Shown here piece after piece: positions 14,564 to 18,760 of a DNA stretch of 18,760 nt. Within the stretch, counting starts at the first letter, position 1. Every line of letters begins with the position of its first letter. Under the pieces are notes generated by a model. It saw only the letters and a program-made list of their open reading frames with translations. It was not told the DNA's origin and searched no databases. This DNA comes from Candidatus Nanoarchaeia archaeon (GTDB taxonomy: Archaea; Nanobdellota; Nanobdellia; SCGC-AAA011-G17; VGLX01): contig JAWABC010000010.1 in assembly GCA_038884815.1 (NCBI GenBank), positions 1-18,760 on the forward strand, written 5' to 3'. A program made the position numbers and the translations under genes.

Positions 14564-15559
14564 ATGAAAGAGGATAAAGTTGTTAAGGAAGAAAAAAAGG
14601 AGACGAAGAAAAAGAAGGAAGAGCTTACTATTTATGACTTACCTGGTGTCGGTGCTGCCACAGCAGAAAAGTTGCTCGAGGCTGGCTATTCTGATTTGAT
14701 GTCAATTGCCGTGGCTTCTCCTGGCGAGCTTGTGGAGGTTGCGGGTGTTGGCGAGGCTGTTGCAAGGAAGATGATTAATTTTGCAAGGAATTCTCTTGAC
14801 ATGGGTTTTGAGTCTGGTGATGAGTTGCTGCGGAAAAGACAAAATATAATCAAGATTACTACAGGAAGCAAGGCGTTGGATGCTTTGCTTGGAGGCGGCT
14901 TTGAGTCTGGTAGCATTTCTGAGTGTTTTGGTGAGTTCGGTGCAAGCAAGTCACAGATTGCCCACGCATTGGCTGTTAATGTTCAACTGCCAAGAGAGAA
15001 AGGAGGTGCTGAAGGTACTGCAATATTCATAGATGGTGAGTCAACTTTCAGGCCCGAGCGTATAATGCAGATTGCTAAGGCAGCAGGTTTAGACCCTCAC
15101 GAAGCTTTGAAGAACATAAAGGTTGCTCGTGCTTTCAATTCAGACCATCAGATGCTTCTTGCTGAGAAGGCTGAGGAGCTGATTAAGGAGAACAACGTTA
15201 AGTTAATCGTGGTTGATTCTTTGACTGCCCATTTCAGAGCAGACTTTACTGGCCGTGGTCAGCTTGCTGACAGGCAGCAGAAGCTTAACAAGCACATGCA
15301 CACTTTGATGAGGCTTGCTACTAAGTATAACCTTTGTGTTTATGTTACCAATCAGGTCATGGCAAAGCCAGATGTTTTCTTTGGTGACCCCACAGCTGCC
15401 ATCGGTGGTAATATTGTGGGCCATAACTCTCAGACAAGGGTCTATTTGAGAAAGGGGAAGAAAGGAACCAGAGTTGCTAAGCTTATTGACAGCCCGCATC
15501 TTCCTGATGGTGAAGCGATATTCCAAGTGACTGAAGAGGGCATCAAGGACGTTGACTGA
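14564..15559 (+). CDS. radA: DNA repair and recombination protein RadA
   Basis: HhH N-domain ([18 protein letters not shown]), Walker A region GEFGASKSQ, and FRPERI. Walker [14 protein letters not shown]. Also [13 protein letters not shown] and IGGNIVGH. Near full-length collinearity with archaeal RadA as recalled from Pyrococcus. Carries a 20-aa K/E-rich N-terminal extension. Confidence 0.93.
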   Translation: MKEDKVVKEEKKETKKKKEELTIYDLPGVGAATAEKLLEAGYSDLMSIAVASPGELVEVAGVGEAVARKMINFARNSLDMGFESGDELLRKRQNIIKITTGSKALDALLGGGFESGSISECFGEFGASKSQIAHALAVNVQLPREKGGAEGTAIFIDGESTFRPERIMQIAKAAGLDPHEALKNIKVARAFNSDHQMLLAEKAEELIKENNVKLIVVDSLTAHFRADFTGRGQLADRQQKLNKHMHTLMRLATKYNLCVYVTNQVMAKPDVFFGDPTAAIGGNIVGHNSQTRVYLRKGKKGTRVAKLIDSPHLPDGEAIFQVTEEGIKDVD

Positions 15560-15573
15560 TTTTTTCTTTTTTT
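15560..15573 (+). terminator. Oligo-T tract after radA (archaeal-type terminator candidate)
   Basis: TTTTTTCTTTTTTT lies immediately after the radA stop codon. Confidence 0.35.
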
Positions 15574-15584
15574 AATTTAGAAAA

Positions 15585-15593
15585 TTTTATAAA
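15585..15593 (+). promoter_or_regulatory. TATA-like box upstream of the 15623 gene
   Basis: TTTTATAAA lies about 30-38 nt upstream of ATG 15623, which implies a very short leader. The AT-rich background limits specificity. Confidence 0.3.
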
Positions 15594-15622
15594 CCTCTTA
15601 CTATCCGCCGTTGTGTCCAAAA

Positions 15623-16123
15623 ATGAAAATATTCAGGTCTAAACACAGCGAATTTCACGTATCAGACGACTTGATTAAAGAGTTTGAAGAGGATGTTGGT
15701 TGTTTTGATGAAGATCTAAACATCGAAATGGTTTTAGAAGATTTTGTTAAAGGTGACATAAAGGAGTATGTCAGTTTATATTCAAAACTTAGCGGGTTGA
15801 AAGGGTTTGGTTTGTTGTATGCCCACGGACAGGAAAGCGTTAGGGGGTGGCGTTATACCGATAAGGGTAAATCTTATAGCGTTCAAGGTTGGGTAAACAA
15901 TATGGATGGTAGATTCAATGCTTTGGTTATAGATGTCTGTAACCCAAACTCAAGAGGGGTGCATTCAAAAAAGTCTCTTATCATAGCCCCCAATCAGATT
16001 TACTCAAGTTTGAGGCAGGACATCGGTGATGTTCAAGTAGAACTTTTTGTTCCTAAAATAGGTTACCTTGATAGCTACATCTTTGAAGAAGAATTGGAAT
16101 CGTTGAGAAGGAAGATAAGTTAA
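15623..16123 (+). CDS. Hypothetical protein (166 aa from ATG 15623)
   Basis: ORF-track frame 15611-16123; ATG 15623 (MKIFRSK) is the more plausible start. No family recognised. Contains a strand-HG (LLYAHG) and a strand-C (LVIDVCNP). Confidence 0.55.
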   Translation: MKIFRSKHSEFHVSDDLIKEFEEDVGCFDEDLNIEMVLEDFVKGDIKEYVSLYSKLSGLKGFGLLYAHGQESVRGWRYTDKGKSYSVQGWVNNMDGRFNALVIDVCNPNSRGVHSKKSLIIAPNQIYSSLRQDIGDVQVELFVPKIGYLDSYIFEEELESLRRKIS

Positions 16124-16651
16124 CTACCACTTCTCTTTTCTTATTTTTAAGTAAAATGCTAAATGATTTATTGCTATGTGCCCCAAAGGGCTTATAATCA
16201 AAATTATAATCATGTAAGTTATCGGTGGTATAAAAATTATAAAACTAAATAATAAGCCAAAAACTATGAAGTCGATCTGGTCGAAAGGTATCCACGGCTT
16301 TCCTGACTCTATCCCAATCCTTCTTTTGAAGAAGCTTTCAAACATATCACCAAACATAGCTCCGAATCCCATCAATGCTCCAAGCAGTATAGAAATCCCA
16401 AGTTTATAATCAAAAATGCTTATCATTCTAAAACTTTCAAACCCATAAAACCGATATTGTAGAAGCGTTATTATGATTCCAAAAACCACACCCATAACAA
16501 GCCCTCTAAATGTTTTGTTCTTTCCCAGTATTGGTTTTCCTTTCCATGTTTTTCCAAAGTCTATTGGCTTTACCAATGATGGCAGTATTTTTTTTGTTAT
16601 TACTGGCGCCATGTTTGCAAAATATATGGGTGCAGCATAATATGCTGCCAT
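16124..16651 (-). CDS. carS: CDP-archaeol synthase (CarS, DUF46 family)
   Basis: ANMAPV...KPIDFGKTWKGKPILGKNKTFRGLVMGVVFG and FGAMFGDMFESFFKRRIGIESGKPW.PFDQIDF match the CarS signature regions. 175 aa, multi-TM. Confidence 0.85.
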   Translation of the reverse strand: MAAYYAAPIYFANMAPVITKKILPSLVKPIDFGKTWKGKPILGKNKTFRGLVMGVVFGIIITLLQYRFYGFESFRMISIFDYKLGISILLGALMGFGAMFGDMFESFFKRRIGIESGKPWIPFDQIDFIVFGLLFSFIIFIPPITYMIIILIISPLGHIAINHLAFYLKIRKEKW

Positions 16652-16676
16652 CAGAACTTCTTTGAAAGTTATTATT

Positions 16677-17174
16677 TCAGATCACCTTTTTTATCCTTAT
16701 TGGGCTTATGAAAAGTATTCCTATAACTAAAATAACAAAAGTTATGTATGGTAACCTTATAAAATACCATAAGGGTATTATCCAACCTGCATTTGTTATA
16801 GGCAGTCCATTATAATAATCTTTCATTTCTGTAATGTTAAATCTTGCAAGTCTTAATGCTCCTGCGCATACGAAAAACACGAGTATTATAAGGGTTAGTA
16901 TTGAATAAACCTCAGCTTGGTAGACAAAAATTGCCGGTGCAACACCAAACGAAACTAAGTCACAAAGGCTGTCCAGCTCTTTCCCAAAATTTCCCTCTCT
17001 TCTCATCATCCTTGCTACTCTTCCATCAAGGAAATCAAGGAATACCGCTGCTATCATCATCGTTGCAGCTGTGTTAAAGTCTTTTTTTATGCTAAAGATT
17101 ATGCTTAATACTCCCAATGTCAAATTACCTAAAGTAAGAAAGTCCGGTGCCTTTACTAGTTCTTTATATCTCAT
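16677..17174 (-). CDS. pssA: CDP-alcohol phosphatidyltransferase, archaetidylserine synthase-like
   Basis: D-x2-DG-x2-AR...G-x3-D-x3-D motif (DFLDGRVARMMRREGNFGKELDSLCDLVSFGVAPA) and RLARFN, as in PssA-type enzymes. Serine specificity is inferred from motif flavour and the nearby psd. Confidence 0.75.
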   Translation of the reverse strand: MRYKELVKAPDFLTLGNLTLGVLSIIFSIKKDFNTAATMMIAAVFLDFLDGRVARMMRREGNFGKELDSLCDLVSFGVAPAIFVYQAEVYSILTLIILVFFVCAGALRLARFNITEMKDYYNGLPITNAGWIIPLWYFIRLPYITFVILVIGILFISPIRIKKVI

Positions 17175-17253
17175 CTTTTATTCAGTTGAGAACAGTAAAG
17201 ATTATATACTTTATTAAATTTTTTACTATTACAAAACTTAGGAGGTTTTTAAA

Positions 17254-17505
17254 ATGAATGATTGGGGATTGATTGTTTTTCTGCTTGTTATTGCGATGAT
17301 TTGGAGCTTGATTTGGAAGGGCATTGCTTTGTGGAAGTCTGCTAGACATGGTCAGACTGCTTGGTTCGTTGTTTTGTTAATACTAAACACAGTTGGTCTT
17401 TTGGAAATAATATACTTAGCCTTCTTCCAGAAAAGACCTCCTGTTCAGAAGTTTGCTAGGCCAGCTCCTGCAATGCAGAAGAGACCTGTTAGAAGGAAGA
17501 AATAA
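17254..17505 (+). CDS. Small two-TM membrane protein (DUF5652-like)
   Basis: GGAGG lies 8 nt upstream of the ATG. WSLIWKGIALWKSARHGQTAWFVVLLILNTVGLLEIIYLAFF is the pattern I associate with DUF5652, common in CPR and DPANN genomes. Basic C-terminal tail. Confidence 0.7.
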   Translation: MNDWGLIVFLLVIAMIWSLIWKGIALWKSARHGQTAWFVVLLILNTVGLLEIIYLAFFQKRPPVQKFARPAPAMQKRPVRRKK

Positions 17506-17559
17506 TTTTTATTTATTTTCATTACTTCATTTTAGAAACAAAAACTTAAATATGGCATT

Positions 17560-18435
17560 TTGTTTAATTTCTTTGTGAAACAAAAAGTAAAGAGGGTTGT
17601 GGTATTCTTTCTGCGTTTTTTAGGAGTAATTCTTATCTCAATTCTAAACCCGTGGGGTGGCCACGCACTTTCAGATGAGATGCGTATGGTGTTTTCTTTC
17701 ATAGGTGTTTTGTTTGCTATCCTTTCAGGATTTTTTATTTCTTCTTTGTGGGACAGATTTACTAAGATAAGGGCTTTGCTTTCTTCTGAGAGCGGCAGCT
17801 TGGAGAACATTTACGAATTTTTAGGTCTGGTTGACAAGAAGCTTGCTGATGAGTCCGCTAAGCTCATAGACAAATACATCATGAAAGCTTTGGAATCTAA
17901 GTTTAGCGAATATCAGGAAAAGTTGAGGCCTGAGTATTTTGCTTTTTATAGTCTTTTGAGTAAAATCAAGGGTAAGGGTGGTGATGTGCCTTACACCAGG
18001 ATATTGAATATACTTGACCATTTCACAAGGACTAGGAAGGAGATAATTGCAAGGATGAAGGACCGTATTGGTTTATACCAGTGGATTGCTCTTTTGTTGC
18101 TTTCTTCACTTCTTATAACACTATGGTTGTATATTCAGCCTCCTGGAATTTTTGGGGTTATAATAGGTAGCATATTTATCTTTGCTGTGCTGGTTGTCCT
18201 TATAGTGATTCATGACTTGGACAGGTTGGTGTGGAGCGGGAGAAAAGTTGCTACAGAAGTTTACGATATGGACATAGAAGTCTATGAGCGTGTCTATGAT
18301 GTTATAGGGCTTCCAAGGTACTATCCTGAGGAGTTGTTTGATAAGAAAGCCATTCCTGAAGGTGTAAAGCTTGTAAGGGTTGGTATCCCACAAAAGAATA
18401 ATAAAAGAAAAATAAAAATTTTTAGGGTTAAGTGA
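17560..18435 (+). CDS. Hypothetical multi-TM membrane protein (DUF4239-like topology, tentative)
   Basis: Two N-terminal and two central/C-terminal hydrophobic helices flank a helical soluble segment. The start is uncertain (TTG 17560 or GTG 17575). Confidence 0.6.
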   Translation: MFNFFVKQKVKRVVVFFLRFLGVILISILNPWGGHALSDEMRMVFSFIGVLFAILSGFFISSLWDRFTKIRALLSSESGSLENIYEFLGLVDKKLADESAKLIDKYIMKALESKFSEYQEKLRPEYFAFYSLLSKIKGKGGDVPYTRILNILDHFTRTRKEIIARMKDRIGLYQWIALLLLSSLLITLWLYIQPPGIFGVIIGSIFIFAVLVVLIVIHDLDRLVWSGRKVATEVYDMDIEVYERVYDVIGLPRYYPEELFDKKAIPEGVKLVRVGIPQKNNKRKIKIFRVK

Positions 18436-18436
18436 T

Positions 18437-18529
18437 TGCCCCCGCTGGGATTTGAACCCAGGCCTCAAGCTTTTTGCAAATTGATTAATTCCGCAAGCTC
18501 GTATACTATCCAGGCTATACTACGAGGGC
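18437..18529 (-). tRNA. tRNA-Arg (anticodon GCG) with a 19-nt intron at the canonical 37/38 position
   Basis: Acceptor GCCCTCG/CGGGGGC; D-loop AGCCTGGATA (A14, G18G19, A21). Anticodon stem CGAGC/GCTTG with TTGCGG (U33, GCG, G37). T-arm CTGGG-TTCAAAT-CCCAG; discriminator A. The intron is 18472-18490. TTGC pairs with the intron GCAA as the 4-bp central helix, and 3-nt bulges are positioned at both splice sites. Confidence 0.85.
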
Positions 18530-18760
18530 TCAGTATGTAGCTATTATTGTGCTTCCTGCTTTTACTTTTTGGTTTTTCCTGACTTTTAAATCTATTGATG
18601 TCGGCATTATTATAACTACCTGCGAACCAAGATTTATCCTTCCTATCCTCTCACCTGTTTTTATCTCCTGCCCTTCTTTTGTCCAGCACTCTATCCTTCT
18701 TGCAACAAGCCCTGCTATCTGTATTACCTTTATTCTTAATTTCCCTTTAATAAGAATTTC
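18530..18760 (-). CDS. psd: Phosphatidyl-/archaetidylserine decarboxylase proenzyme, C-terminal 76 aa (5' end outside window; absent from the ORF track)
   Basis: The minus-strand frame is open from the window edge. The translation ...VIQIAGLVARRIECWTKEGQEIKTGERIGRINLGSQVVIIMPTSIDLKVRKNQKVKAGSTIIATY* carries the ARRI and G-x-I-x-(F/L)GS motif region of short archaeal-type PSDs, where the GS is the self-cleavage site. Confidence 0.7.
   Translation of the reverse strand, partial: EILIKGKLRIKVIQIAGLVARRIECWTKEGQEIKTGERIGRINLGSQVVIIMPTSIDLKVRKNQKVKAGSTIIATY

Noticed and set aside
990-18529. A ~17.5-kb segment bracketed by two tRNA genes, considered as an integrated genomic island
   Set aside because: No integrase, transposase or duplicated tRNA 3' segment (att-like direct repeat) was seen. 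The interval contains core genes (radA, carS, pssA) and shows no obvious compositional break by eye.

Overview
AT-rich, tightly packed archaeal window. The archaeal assignment rests on a RadA recombinase, CDP-archaeol synthase, and an intron-containing tRNA with a bulge-helix-bulge splice motif. The small-genome, DPANN-like flavour is inference only. Gene order: adenine deaminase 3' end; a small hypothetical gene; tRNA-Pro(CGG) divergent from a YbaK/ProX-type deacylase; an SDR sugar epimerase/dehydratase; a secreted Cys-rich MopE-like repeat protein; a translationally coupled sugar-modification operon (PIG-L deacetylase, WbqC-like protein, GNAT-DegT aminotransferase fusion); a 1,411-aa secreted mosaic protein ending in a CE4 polysaccharide deacetylase domain; a membrane-anchored TIM-barrel hydrolase-like protein; a processive-type GT2 synthase (TED and QxxRW motifs); a small acidic-tailed protein coupled to radA; a hypothetical gene; and a minus-strand lipid head-group set (carS, pssA, and a psd fragment at the window edge that is absent from the ORF track) interrupted by two small membrane proteins and an intron-bearing tRNA-Arg(GCG). 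No CRISPR array, transposase, integrase or rRNA was seen. The most interesting candidate system is the block 7636-14051: deacetylase-bearing giant surface protein, glycoside-hydrolase-like protein and GT2 synthase. It has the logic of bacterial Pga/Ica/Pel or fungal GAG exopolysaccharide machines in an archaeal context. Second candidates are the PC4-like acidic-tail protein coupled to a RadA with a non-consensus Walker A, and the GNAT-DegT fusion operon. All family assignments were made by eye from motifs and no database search was run.
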